NCBI RefSeq assembly: GCF_032191835.1
Contig: NC_083243.1
Location: 170,252,001 to 170,316,000, forward strand
Reading direction: 5' to 3'
Length of the DNA: 64,000 nt
Source: Heteronotia binoei
Lineage: Eukaryota
Part shown: one piece after another, positions 47,401-59,266 of the stretch
Layout of the letters: each line of letters begins with the position of its first letter
How positions within the stretch are numbered: position 1 is the first letter of the stretch
Notes under the pieces: generated by a model
What the model saw: only the letters and a program-made list of their open reading frames with translations
What the model was told of the DNA's origin: nothing
The model's database searches: none
Program-made: the position numbers and the translations under genes

Positions 47401-50400
47401 TTCATACACTAAACATATATAAGGATGCATATACAAACAAGCCCTTCCAATCCAAAAACACATCCAAGATCACCACAAAAAAGACTCATGCAGAGCAGTT
47501 AGCACTGTAACATCCTAATATATGAGCCAGACCATGGTCATTTTGTGCTGCTGGACATCCCTTGTTCCAACAGCAGACTTTGTGTATGGCCACTGGAGGC
47601 AAGAGTTCTTTAGCAAGAGTTTAGCAAGATGGCAAGAGTTCATTAGCAGGGTCTTGCTGTTATGTCCAGCCACCAGCCTTCTCTTTATCCTTTTAGATTA
47701 CCAGTGAAACCCTTTTCTTTACTCATTGTATTAGCCTAAAAAGCCCCTGCTCTGCAGATCTGTCAGCAATCTCCTCAAGCAGACCAAGGTATAGCTTAAG
47801 ATCTTAGCAGGCATTTATAGGTGTGCAGAAGATACAATACTCACATCTATGGTTTTATCACTGAAATATTTGATGTATTCAGGACCCAGGTATAAAGGTG
47901 GCTTACAAGTCATCAGGAACACTGAAAATGCACACCAAGAAACATGGTTTAGCAGCATATTGAAATGCTATCAACAACTCATGAAAGCACTCCAAGAGAT
48001 ATTGTTCAACTAGCATATATCCTTTTGAAATGACAGCATTCATGACGGATGTGATGAGTAAAATGCATTGATTTTCACAAATTTACACACATTCCATAAT
48101 GAAATCGTTCAAATAAAAAAGAATTCCAAGATGTTTGTTCTATGGTAACTCAAGGCTGATTCATACAAGATGAAAATACAGAGTAATGTTTCAAACAATT
48201 TTCTCTGATGGGACTTATGAGTCTAAATAGGCAATGCAAATTTTGAATCTAATTATCTTACTCCTGATCTCTGGAACTGCAAAAGTGGTGTAATCTCAGC
48301 CACCTGCATTGAAGGATCTTACCTATGCAGAGGGTGAGGTAGAGCAGTCCCATCCGGATGTCAAGTCGGAAGAAAAGGATGACATTGGCTACTTTGCTGA
48401 ACATGAAGATATTTCCCACATGTTGGTCCACAGTAACTTGAGACACAGAAAGAAAGATGTTATAACACTGATGAGTCAAGGAGCTCTTCCTGCAACTTGG
48501 ATGGGCCCAAAATGCTTGTGTCTGAAGCCTAGACCCCAAACCTGGCAGTTTGGAGATACTTTCTCTACAAATTTAAGAATCCATGCTTCAAATAATTGCA
48601 GGGCCTTTACCACATAATGGTGTACTGTTTTTACATTATACTGTTTTGTATTCTATGGCATGTGTGATAAGCTTCTAATATTCACCATACAAACAAACAA
48701 AAGGTTTGCATTTTCATGTCTGCCCCCCCACCCCAATTTTTTTTCATTTTTTTCTAACTTTCAATCTCTTTGCCTCCCTTGACCCTATTAACTTCAAATT
48801 GTTCTTCACCCATAAAATATCGAGGCTTGGCCCACAAAGGCATTATCCCCCTGACCTCCATACCTTGGATAATCTCCAAGAAACAAAAGAAACAGTGAGA
48901 AATTCCAGAGTAGTAGCTTTGTTATTTTGTTACTCTGGTAAGTCTGAAATAACACCACACAGGGCTGTACTGTTACTTGTGGCATAAGCTTTTGTGAGCT
49001 ACAGCCCAATTCTTCAGCTTCATGAAATGTTATCAACTGACAGTAGAAAAGGGTAACAGTGCAGTAACACCTTCAAGACTAATGAAATTTGTAGTGCTGT
49101 GAGTCACTGCTCACTTCTTCAGATCTTAAGAAGTAAGCAGTAACTCACAAAAGCTCATACCATACCACAAACATAGTTGATCTTTAAGGCGCTACAGGAC
49201 TGTTTCTACTTCTATAGACAGATTAACACTGTTACCCATCTTGAAATATCAATTAACAAACACACATACAAGGATACAAACAGAAGGACAGTGGGGAGGG
49301 AGAAGAAACAGTATGCAATTCAAGAGATAGTGGGTCACATTCCTATGCAGACTACAACTAAATACAAGATCCATTTAAGCAAATTAAGTGATTCACTCAC
49401 AACTTGGGATCAGCAGCCAATTCAAGACAAAACAGTACACAAGCTGCTTTAAAGGAACAAATGCCCTCTAGTGAGCTGACCACTTTCAATCTATTGAGAC
49501 CAAGTCTAGTATTTTATCTGCATATGAATAGTAACTCACCACTACAAGCTGAATTCTCCCTTTAAAACCTTTTCTGATATAGCAAGGGCATCTTCAAGGA
49601 GGCATGCATAGATAATCATTGAGGTACAGGGACAATTTCCTGGCGGTCATTAATCCAAGAACCTTTCAAACCTTTTAAGTAGTTAGTATATCAAATAAAC
49701 CACTTATCACAATCTCACCCTGCTTGAGTTTTACTGATTTCCCTGTATCAGATGACATGTGTAAATAGCTTTCACCCTAAGGAAGCCATGCCTGAAGGTT
49801 GTTTTTTGATTATTCCAAAAGTGGTCACTCACTGAAAATCTCTATAGTTCCAGGAGAAGTATTTACTGCAAAAAAAATACTAAGGCAAATATACATGTAA
49901 CTCACTGGATCTGCGGTTCTTCATCATCACAATTGCACTGAGAAACATAAGGATCTCCACTTCTCGCTGGGGCAGGAGGGGGAAGACGAAAAACAGAAGG
50001 TGAGCCACCCAGCAAGGATATAACAGATCCAAATGCTCTTGAAACAGATGTCACACTTATCCTTCTATTTCAGTAAATGTAATTTAAATACCCCACACCC
50101 CATATTACTCCCCTTTAATTTTTCATTCAACCATACTGTCAATTCAAGCAGGAACACAACCCCCACCATTTTGCAGTTGCTTGAAATGTAAAAGAACCAC
50201 AAAAAAGCAAGGGACAAGGTACTTTGTAACATACCTATGAGGGCAAAGTTAAAACTTCAAGCAAACAGCTGAAGTGAGAAAGGGTTAGCTAGGCAGCCAG
50301 TTAGAACAATGGCCTTCAACATAAGCCTCTCCAGCAGCTACAGGATTCCCACTTAAAATGCTTACACAACATTTCCAAGCTATAGTTTTGTATACTCCTA

Positions 50401-51473
50401 GTGCATGGAAGAAAAGAAGGGGGAAATGCTGCAGAAAGGGTGGGTTTCTCCATTTTAACACTACTATGGTAAACATCAATAGCAGCCCGCTGTCCAGTGA
50501 CTGGTTTCCTTCTTTCTGTCAATCCAGTTGGACTGCAGGCCAGACCTCGCCACAAGAAGAGCTGCCTAAACAGGGAGCAGAAATGACTGAGGATTTTGAC
50601 TGGAGAACTGTTGCAAGACAACATATGGGGTGGGGGGGGAGAGACAAAGAGAAAAACCCCACACCTGTAGCTTCGGTGCAAGTAAGCCATGTCTGGGGTC
50701 ACTTGTGCCTGATATGAGAATTTTTTAAAAAAATTGCTAGTTAGTCTAGCAGCCTTGCACTTGTACCATCGTAAATCTAGACGGATAGCTGTGTTGGTCT
50801 GAAGCAATAGAATAAAATTAGAATCCAGTGGTGCCTTTGGTCTTGAAAGGTACCACTGCACTCGTACTCTTGTAGAGAGTATGAGTTTTGAGTTGGACTT
50901 GATGGGCCGTTGGCCTGATCCAACATGGCTTCTCTTATGTTCTTATGCGACAAAGAGCCCAAAGACAGTCTGTGCACACCACTTCCTGAGTACAAATAAG
51001 AGGGGAATAGAACACCCACCCTGCCGCATTGCCCTCCTGGGATCCGTAGACACGCTGGAGGCAGTGAAGTGATATTACATGGTTTAATAGATGTCTCATC
51101 TTGTTAATCGAATTTAATTTACACTGCGCAATCCGCCTCGAGTCTCACTGAGAAAGGCGGACTTTAAACAATATAAGCAAATAAAATCATCCCTCTAGGA
51201 GCGGAGGAGCAGCGAAGGCTCCTGGCAAAAAGGGAAAGAGAAATAAGAGGCAGGAATACAGTAGGCGGAGACGGGCAGTCTCACCCAATCGAAGTCGCAG
51301 GGGTTCCCATCTTCGCGCTGGCTGGGCAACCCTTGACATAACGGTGGCACCTTCCGCACTAGCAGGAAGGCAACTGAGAGAAGGACGGAGAGGGGGTAAT
51401 AAGGCTGGGCTAACCAACGGCAGATCCCAGGTACGGAGTAAATCAGAGCGAGCAGAGGAGCTAGCACCGCCAT
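35484..51473 (-). CDS. TMX2: Thioredoxin-related transmembrane protein 2; 8 coding exons, 292 aa
   Basis: Exons 51473-51285, 49966-49906, 48436-48323, 47921-47845, 47301-47195, 44823-44758, 44557-44428 and 35618-35484 are all GT-AG and in frame. [15 protein letters not shown]...[16 protein letters not shown] (SxxC motif)...GETKKDK* (KKxK ER-retrieval-type end). Confidence 0.96.
35787..36164. mobile_element. hAT-type MITE
   Basis: Ends CAGGGTTTCCC / GGGAAACACTG; perfect TSD CTTTAGAC at 35779-35786 and 36165-36172. Confidence 0.85.
36863..37141 (-). mobile_element. tRNA-derived SINE (Squam3-like)
   Basis: Head with A/B-box-like TTTGGTGTAGTGGTTAAG and GGTTTGATTCCCC, and a (TCT)n tail. More degraded relatives lie near 9410-9590, 16070-16260, 22230-22400, 24720-24890, 40100-40280 and 59680-59870. 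Confidence 0.8.
37375..37862 (+). mobile_element. L2 LINE 3' fragment
   Basis: Degenerate ORF2 end ([10 protein letters not shown]...[17 protein letters not shown]-like) and an AAAT-repeat tail. Confidence 0.75.
39386..40007. mobile_element. hAT-type non-autonomous element, 622 bp
   Basis: Ends CAGGGGTATCAAAC / GTTTGACACTCCTG; TSD CTGTAGGG/CTCTAGGG; relatives at ~62884-63583 and from 63734 to the window end. Confidence 0.8.
45189..45632 (+). mobile_element. Sauria SINE interrupted by a hAT MITE (45316-45456), inserted in a Penelope-like remnant
   Basis: Same SINE family as 29160-29450; flanked by TCTGAAGCAA(T/C)A repeats. Confidence 0.8.
45316..45456. mobile_element. hAT-type MITE, 141 bp, fully palindromic
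   Basis: TIR CAGGGGTGGCCAAC / GTTGGTCACCCCTG; perfect TSD ATCTACAC at 45308-45315 and 45457-45464. Confidence 0.9.
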
Positions 51474-51905
51474 CTTCACCTCCCACTGACCGAACCTCCA
51501 GCGCTGCACCTCCGCTATGATGCTCCAGTATGTACCGTCCTAGCTTGTGTTCATTTCATTGGCCAGCAATGACACCAATCAAATAAAAGGTGGGACTAAT
51601 GAAGCATAGCTTGTCTTTATTGGCCAGCTTTATACCCTCTTCATTGGCTGCTCAGAACACAAACAAGGAAACGATTTTGGAGCATTCGCGTCTCTGGCGC
51701 ACTATATTGACGTTAGGATGTCGCTACAAATGCGCCGTTGACTAGCTAAACAGCGGACCAATCAGAGTAGAATTAGGTTTCTAGGCCTGCTGGCCAATGA
51801 CCTATAGGGGTGGGTTAAACGTTGTCCAATGAAAACCAGACAAACGTAAGGGATCGTCAGGATGCGGAGCCAATGGGAGAATGCTGCGCGGAGCATGCCG
51901 GGATG
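51474..51905. promoter_or_regulatory. Bidirectional TMX2/MED19 promoter
   Basis: Divergent start codons at 51473 (-) and 51906 (+); CpG-rich; eight CCAAT/ATTGG boxes. Confidence 0.85.
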
Positions 51906-54693
51906 ATGGAGAATTTTTCCGCTCTCTTTGGTGGGGCAGAGCCGCCTCAGTCTACTACAGCTGCTGCTCTGGGGTTTGGTCCGGGAAAACCCGGAGGGCC
52001 CGGGAGTGGACCACCCCCTATACCTGCGGTGACTGCCGCTGGAGAAGAAACTGCACGCAAAGCGGCGGCTGTCGGCCCTTTTTACCTAATGCGCGAATTG
52101 CCAGGTAGTAAAGGGGAGGGGTGCCAACCGGTGCTTAGAGACGGGTTGTGCGTATTGGGCCAATGGTAGTTTACGAATATGCTGCTTAAGAGCAAGTTTT
52201 GTTGAGGACGGTGGAATTTGCAGCTATGCAATCATGGGCTCGGGCTGTTCTGCTTGTTTCCTTACACTAACACACCATCTCTGTGACACCAAAGGAATAG
52301 CTCCGCTTGACAACATTTATTACATCTTGGTTGGAGAGGGGGTGGTTTGCAACATGCGTGTCCCTTTCCTTGCAAAAGTACTGTGCACTTAAATGTGTGG
52401 GAACCTAGAGATTCAGAATGTTGTGGTACGGATAAAGGTTATGTGGTAGGAGGGGAAACGTTACATTGCTTCATACCGAGATAAAGCAGTCGGCTGCATA
52501 AGAAATTTGGTTCAGTACTGAGAGTTTTACATGGTACACCTGACCAGTGTTCCCTCTAAGCTGAGTTAGTGTGAGCTAGCTCACAGATTTATAGTTCCCA
52601 GCTTACAATTTTTTGTCTTAGCTTAGGAAGAATGACCCCAGAGCACACTAAATTTATGCAGTAGCTCACAGCTTTAATGCCAGTAGTTCACAAAGTAGAA
52701 TGTTTGCTCACAAGACTCTGCAGCTTAAAGGGAACATTGCACCTGACCTATTCTGAATGTTGCTTTCTGATAAACTAATCACGGTACATGTTACAATGTT
52801 TTATGCTTTGCACAGGCACCACTGAATTAACAGGGAGCACCAACCTTATTACCTACTATAACCTGGAACATGCTTACAACAAGTTTTGTGGCAAAAAGGT
52901 GAAGGAGAAGCTCAGTAACTTCCTGCCTGATCTGCCAGGGATGATAGATCTTCCAGGCTCTCATGACAACAGTAGTCTGCGTTCTCTCATTGAGAAGCCT
53001 CCCATCTGTGGGAGCTCATTTAACCCCATAACTGGTACAATGCTCACAGGCTTTCGTCTCCATGCAGGCCCGGTAAGTCAACGATGGGAGCTGAATAGGG
53101 ACTATAGTGAGGGGGGGCATCTTTGCTCTTGATGGAAAATTACACTGTAGTCTCCTGATAGAGAAGAAAACCTGTTTGTGCTGGAAAGCTGTGGTGAGAG
53201 TTGAAGATCATGGGAAAAATATGAATTCCTATTAGTGTATTCATGAGAGACTGAGATCACATTTTGAGTTCAGCACCTTAGGAATCATCTTGTTTGGTGG
53301 TAAAAAAAGGTAGTCCCCTGTGCAAACGCCAGTCATTTTTGACTCTGGGGTGACGTTGCTTTCACAAAGTTTTCACGGCAGACTTTATGGGATGGTTTGC
53401 CATTGCCTTTCCCAGTCATTTATACTTTTCCCCCAGCAAGCAGCGTACTCATTTTACCGACCTCGGAAGGATAGAAGGCTGAGTCAACTTGGAGCCTGCT
53501 ACCTGAACCAGCTTTCGCTGGGATTGAACTCAGGTCGTGAGCAGAGGGCTCCTACTGCAGTTTTACCACTCTGCGCTGCGGGGCTCTTTTTGTTTGGTGG
53601 GCACAGTGGTAAATAGAGATCCCAAGCAGGAGATTATAGAAGTTCTTCGTTCTGTAATAGAAAAGATTATTACTGGGCAGAGAGCCATGGGTTTTCTTCC
53701 TTAGTTACTGAGCAGGTATGCAGAGCAGAATAATTTTTCTTTGAATTCCGGTGGAGTATTCCATGAAGGATAGGTTTATCATTTATTGAGGGTGTAGCAG
53801 ATAGAGTATGTAACAGTAGCTTGGGGACAGCTGTGGAAAGCACTGAGGATAGCAGAGCCTGAGCTTTGCTGTGTTTGGAAAGTTTGGACATGGTAGATAA
53901 TGTCACTTAGTGGCTTCAGAATAGCTGGGCCCCTTTGACCCAAAGGCGGCCCGGGAATTCTGAGTTGTCAACAGATAGAATGTAAACTAGTATGAACTTT
54001 CCCTGTGGAAGTCTCGAGAGCCTCCTTCCTCAAAATTGCCCTGTGCAACAGCAGAATGATGAGATGCTCCCTGTACTAATGTGCTTCCGTTTCTTTTCGT
54101 GCTGTTAAAGCTGCCAGAGCAGTGTCGTTTAATGCACATCCAGCCACCTAAGAAAAAAAACAAGCACAAACATAAGCAGAGCCGTACCCAGGATCCTGTC
54201 CCTCCAGGTAAGATGCTTCTTCATCCAATAGCCTAAACCACCACTATTCCTCACCTCTGTCTGAATTATGCCTTCTTCAATTACTGAATCTTTTTGGGCA
54301 GAAACACCTTCAGATTCTGATCACAAGAAAAAGAAAAAGAAAAAAGAGGATGATCCTGAGCGGAAAAGAAAAAAGAAGGAGAAAAAGAAAAAAAAGGTGA
54401 GTTTGGGGGGCCTTTTTACAAGTATTCCCCTTTCAGCACAAGGAAGTCAGAAAGGAAAAGTATTAGAGCAGAGGTTTTTTTTTCTGGTCTGAAACTCTGT
54501 GGTTCATGCTGCTTCCATTGGCTTACTGTGCTATTTTCAATTGTAACCCGCCTTGAGTCTCAGCAAGAAATAAGTAACTAATAGGGTTTCCCTGTTATTC
54601 TTCTGTGTTTTTCTTTTTCCTCAGAACCGGCATAGCCCTGAGCACCCAGGTGTGGGCAGCTCTCAAGCCAGCAGCAGTAGCAGCCTCCGGTAA
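51906..54693 (+). CDS. MED19: Mediator of RNA polymerase II transcription subunit 19; 5 coding exons, 238 aa
   Basis: Exons 51906-52104, 52816-53072, 54111-54207, 54302-54396 and 54625-54693 are GT-AG and in frame. MENFSALFG...GPFYLMRELPG-TTELTGSTNLITYYNLEHAYNKFCGKKVKEKLSNFLPDLPG...Lys-rich tail...SSQASSSSSLR*. An alternative ATG lies at 51903. Confidence 0.96.
52545..52739. mobile_element. hAT-type MITE, CAGTGTTCCCTCTAAG family, in MED19 intron 1
   Basis: TIR CAGTGTTCCCTCTAAG / CTTAAAGGGAACATTG; perfect TSD CACCTGAC at 52537-52544 and 52740-52747. Confidence 0.9.
53301..53590 (+). mobile_element. Sauria SINE in MED19 intron 2
   Basis: Collinear with 29160-29450; TSD TGTTTGGTGG at 53291-53300 and 53591-53600. 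Confidence 0.85.
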
Positions 54694-55704
54694 AGTCCTG
54701 CCAGAAAGTATGCTGGAGAGAGTGCTTCAGGAAGGTGCTGCAAGCTTGCTGACAAAAGGACAAGCAATGACGGTGGAGTGACTGCTGATTCATATACTTT
54801 CCTTTAACCTTGTGGAACAACTTGTAAAAGACAACTACTGGGTGGAACTTCTGAGACTCCACTAGGGAACATACAGACTGCTTGTGACATGAAGCACGCT
54901 GTTGTCTTTTGGCAGAGAACCTTCCATTGTTTCAGGGGTTTTTTTTTGGGGGGGGGGATGTGGTATAAAATGATCCTGACTAAGTTGGGATGTCTGTCTC
55001 AGATTTTAATTAAATCTCTGTTGGAGGAGATGCTAATGATTTGAAGGAATCCTGAGGGCTGCCTCCTCATTTATCAGGGACTTTGTAAGTAGCTCTGTAA
55101 TCTTCTGCAGAAAGGTAAATAATTCCACTGATTCATTATTATTCATGGAGCATGGCTTCTATTTACTCCTGGACACGCTAATAACCTGATTGCACTAAGC
55201 TGCTCTCTCTGAATGGAGTATGACGAGAGAAGGCAGCACACTGATAAGACAATGGTAGATTTCATCTCCCAGGGATTAAGCTTGCTGGATAGAAGAGCAG
55301 CTTTTGCCCTCAGAAACCAAACGCAGGCCTTGGAATTCTAGTACTGCTTTCTAGACTTGCCGTGTTGTACTCTGCTGTGTTGCCTTGCTTATGTATGAGT
55401 CGCTTACCAAAGGATGACGTGGAAGAATTTTCTTTGGTGTAACCATGGGTGCAAATTTCAAGCTGATCAGCTTAGGAAAAAGGAAAGGTATTAAATCAGG
55501 CTGATCCTGTGGAACCACTTTTAGCACAAAACATTTGTTAAGCAAATGCCCTTCATTGACTACAGCTGAATGCAGCAGTTCAGGAGACAAGCTGGAGCAT
55601 AAAAAGTCTGGTGTGTTGTTTATACTAGATCAAGGTGAAGGTCGGGTTCTGCTCACTCCTTATGAAGTTCATAAAGCTTGAGAAAGTAGAAATAAGTAAT
55701 GACT

Positions 55705-55885
55705 GGACTAGATTCAGGTGAGCAGTCATGTTGGTCTGAAGCAGTAGAACAGAGTTTGAGTCCAGCATCACCTTTAAGACCAACGAAGTTTAATTCTGGT
55801 TATAAGCTTTTATCAGATGTGCACACAAAAGCTTATACCCACAATTAAATCTGTTCATCTTGAAGGTGCCTCTGGACTGAAACTT
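55705..55885. mobile_element. Penelope-like terminal-repeat remnant (family assignment from memory)
   Basis: GATTCAGGTG...GTTGGTCTGAAGCAGTAGAAC...GAGTCCAG...ACCTTTAAGACCAAC motif; similar pieces near 25790-25860, 45150-45755, 50770-50840 and 58425-58520. Confidence 0.5.
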
Positions 55886-57323
55886 CTAATGATTGGAGTA
55901 TAAATCATAATGGTTTGGAAAGCTAAATTCCTCCAAATTTTCTAACCAGTGTGCTTGTAATATCATTTGTATCTATCGGCTCTTAAAAACAAGTGGGATG
56001 GCTGTCCAGCGAAGGCTGTTGGTATGTCTTCATCTGTATATTTCACTCTTGACACCTTTTCATCATCTTTCTCTGTGTGTTCTTTCCTCTTGTGTCCCAT
56101 TAGAATTACCACACCTAAATGACTGTTTACAGTGGAGTGATATGAAAAAATATGTTCCATCATTCTGCCTTTTTGGACTATACAATTCTGCCAATACTTA
56201 GAGGAGTTCCTGAAAGAGAGATTTGTTGACCTTTTCAGTTCTATGTTTAGGATTTTTTCTGTGGCTTTCCATCAACTTCTTGTAATCTCATTACTCTTAA
56301 AAGGAAACAGGTAAGCTGCAGCAAGGTTTGCCCCTCACACTGCCTGTCTCCTCAGCTGCATCTACCAAAGTGGGTTAATTTTGTGTAGCTCTGTTGGCCC
56401 AGACCTTCTGCTAACAGAGCAAAGTTGGAATGAGGTAACACAGTGACTACAGTAGCACCAACTGCATTGGCCTGAAGGAAAAATGATGCAGCTGTGTCCC
56501 CTCCTCACCCCATAGGCCAGCTTGCTTTCATCAGAATAAACTGTGGTTACCATAAACTGGGAAATGAGGGACAGAACTCGTAATAGCTATATAGTGGTTT
56601 AGAAGTGACATCTGCGTAAGGATTGCCATAGGGCTATTCAGTTACCATCCATTGTATCCTTCAGACAATCATATCTCTCATTAAGAGCTATTAGGTAACT
56701 TAAAGTACATTATTTTATAATCTGCATATGTCTATAGCCATCTTGCCCTCTTCCCTCCCTCATGCACAGGATTTTCCATTTTTTCTTATTTCTTGCAATG
56801 TTTTATTTAACTTAGAGGAGAAAAGGTCAGGTAGAATAAGGGGTAGAATATATGAAGTGAACCAATAATAAAACAGAGGGAACTGTAATCACACTAACTT
56901 CAGATAGTTTGTTGCCAACAAGTGTGTTTGCCATTCAGAAAGGTCTTTTAAAACTTTAAGGAGAAACTTCCTTTTCATTTTCTGTTTAAATACTCAAGCA
57001 TAGGTTTGTAAGTTTCACTGATTCTTAAAAGTCTAGAAGGGAGGAACATACAACGAAGTTCCCAAAATCCTATATATACAGACCAGGATCACTCAACAAT
57101 TTTAAGAGCTATTTCCCTTTTCACTGGGCAGGGATTACTTCTCTTAACTAGAAGCAGTTTCTCTTGTCAGTTTCAGTGGGGAGTCCCTTTTGATCCTCTC
57201 ACTACTTTTGCCTCCTCAGCCCAGTCATTGCTTAACTGCCTCTTCTTCAGCTGTCAGTTCCCAGCTGTCTTTTCTTAACTGACTCTCTCCACAGAGTTCC
57301 ATTTGAACAGCCTGTCACTTAAT

Positions 57324-58110
57324 GTGGTCTCATTTAGAATACTGTGTACAGTTCTGGTCACCGCACCTCAAAAAGGATATTATAGCATTGGAAAAAGTCC
57401 AGAAAAGGACAACTAGAATGATTAAAGGTTTGGAACACTTTCCCTATGAAGAAAGGTTAAAACCAGGGGGCGTTTTGTAGAAAAATAGGTGATGGAGCTC
57501 CTCCAGGGATTGTTATGCTCAATGGACAAGGAAGTGGAACTCTCAAAGATTCAGGAGCTGCCCTCCTGTGAGCTCCCACTGAATCCAAGGCCTGGTTAAA
57601 ATGCTTGGGGCTCTTTAGCTTGGAGAAACGTCGGCTGTGGGGTGACATGATAGAGGTTTACAAGATTATGCATGGGATAGAGAAAGTAGAAAAAAGTACT
57701 TTTCTCCCTTTCTCACAATACAAGAACTCGTGGGCATTCAATGAAATTGCTGAGCAGTCGGGTTAGAACAGATAAAAGGAAGTTCTGCTTCACCCAAAGG
57801 GTGATTAACATGTGGAATTCACTGCCACAGGAGGTGAGGGTGACTACAAGCATAGCCAGCTTCAAGAGGGGATTGGATAAAAATATGGAGCAGAGGTCCA
57901 TCAGTGGCAATTAGCCTCAGCATATTGTTGGAACTGTCGGGGGGCAGTGATGCTCTGTATTCTTGGTGCTTGGGGGTCAAAGTGGAAGGGCTTCTAGCCC
58001 CACTTGTAAACCTCCTGATGGCACTTGGGTTTTGTTTTTGGCCACTGTGTGACACAGTGTTGGGACTGGATGGGCCATTGGCCTGATCCAACATGGCTTT
58101 TTATGTTCTT
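57324..58110 (+). mobile_element. CR1 LINE 3' fragment containing a small TIR insert
   Basis: Collinear with 12130-12700 apart from an insert at 57464-57594. Confidence 0.85.
57464..57594. mobile_element. hAT-type MITE, 131 bp
   Basis: CAGG...CCTG ends; TSD GTTAAAAC/GTTAAAAT; it interrupts the CR1 copy. Confidence 0.7.
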
Positions 58111-58878
58111 AAAGGTCTCAGACTCTGTTAGGCATTAATCATCGATAGCCCATCACAGTCTGCTTTTAAGATACTAATAAGTGTTGAACTTTTCCAGGTA
58201 AATGTTTGTTTTTTCACTACAGTCAGGGAATATTTTCACAGTGGTTTCCATGACTAGAGCTGGTAGTGAATGGTGAGTGCTGTGCATGCTGGATGCAACT
58301 TTGGAATGGTGCTCTTGACCTAAAAAGTTCCAGATTCATCCCCCAGGCCTCTTGCCTACGTTTTCCTTCCTGTGGGTTCACTGTCTCAGCTGATTAGCTG
58401 CTTGCATTAGCCTGAACTAAGTGAGTCCAGTGGGACCTTTAAAACCAACAAAGTTTTATTCAAGGTATAAGGTTTTTGTGTCAAAGTTCCCATCTTCAGA
58501 AATTAGTCTGAACTGTGTGACTATATTTCTCTGTTCTGTCCTTACACATTCCTTCTGTTTGTTACAGAGAACAAAGTAAAAAGGGGTGGCAGCGGCAAAT
58601 GAGCTCAGATACCTTTTGCTCATTAATTGAAACAGGCAAAGGTTTATTGTGCGTTGCATCTGTTGTCCTTTCCTATGTATTACTTTGGAATGGGTGGGAA
58701 TGAGAGTTAAGACTGATGGAGGTAAAACACATGACAAATACCTCTGCTGGACCCAACACAGCCAGTTTTTCAGCAGTTGCTGATAGTAAAAGACTCGTCA
58801 ATACTGTAGTTCAAACTGTAAATTGGGTGAGATGATGGTGAATTCTAACACCTGCAAACTTCTGCCCACACCCACCCT

Positions 58879-59266
58879 GTGCCGGCCAGCAGCACACAGC
58901 GCCCTAGGCAGGCTTCCTTCCTGTCCACCCCCCACCCCCGGCCATCGCAGTGCCGCAACACACGCTCCGCTGCCTTCCCTCCCTTCACCACTGCAATGCA
59001 GCTGCGCTCCATCGTCCCTATGGAACCGGAAGTGAGGGGGAGCAGGCTTCAAAGCATTAGATGGCATGCTGGCATGCAGCGGGTAGGATCCAGCTTTGGC
59101 GCAGTGAGGCAGGGGGCGATGGAGCACGGCTGCACGGCAGCGAGGGAAGGCGCATGGCGGCAGGGCAAACTAGGCGGTTGTCATGGGCACCAGGAGGGGG
59201 GAGCTCAGTTTGGTGCCCCCTCGTCCCAGTGCTCTAGGTAACTGCCTAGTGGGTGAGCCGGCCCTG
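58879..59266. mobile_element. CpG-rich hAT-like MITE (left TIR degraded)
   Basis: Right end GCCGGCCCTG; direct repeat CCCACCCT at 58871-58878 and 59267-59274. Confidence 0.5.

Noticed and set aside
51822-51905. N-terminal extension of MED19
   Set aside because: The track start at 51822 is TTG, and the ATG at 51873 overlaps a CCAAT box in the promoter; homology begins at MENF.
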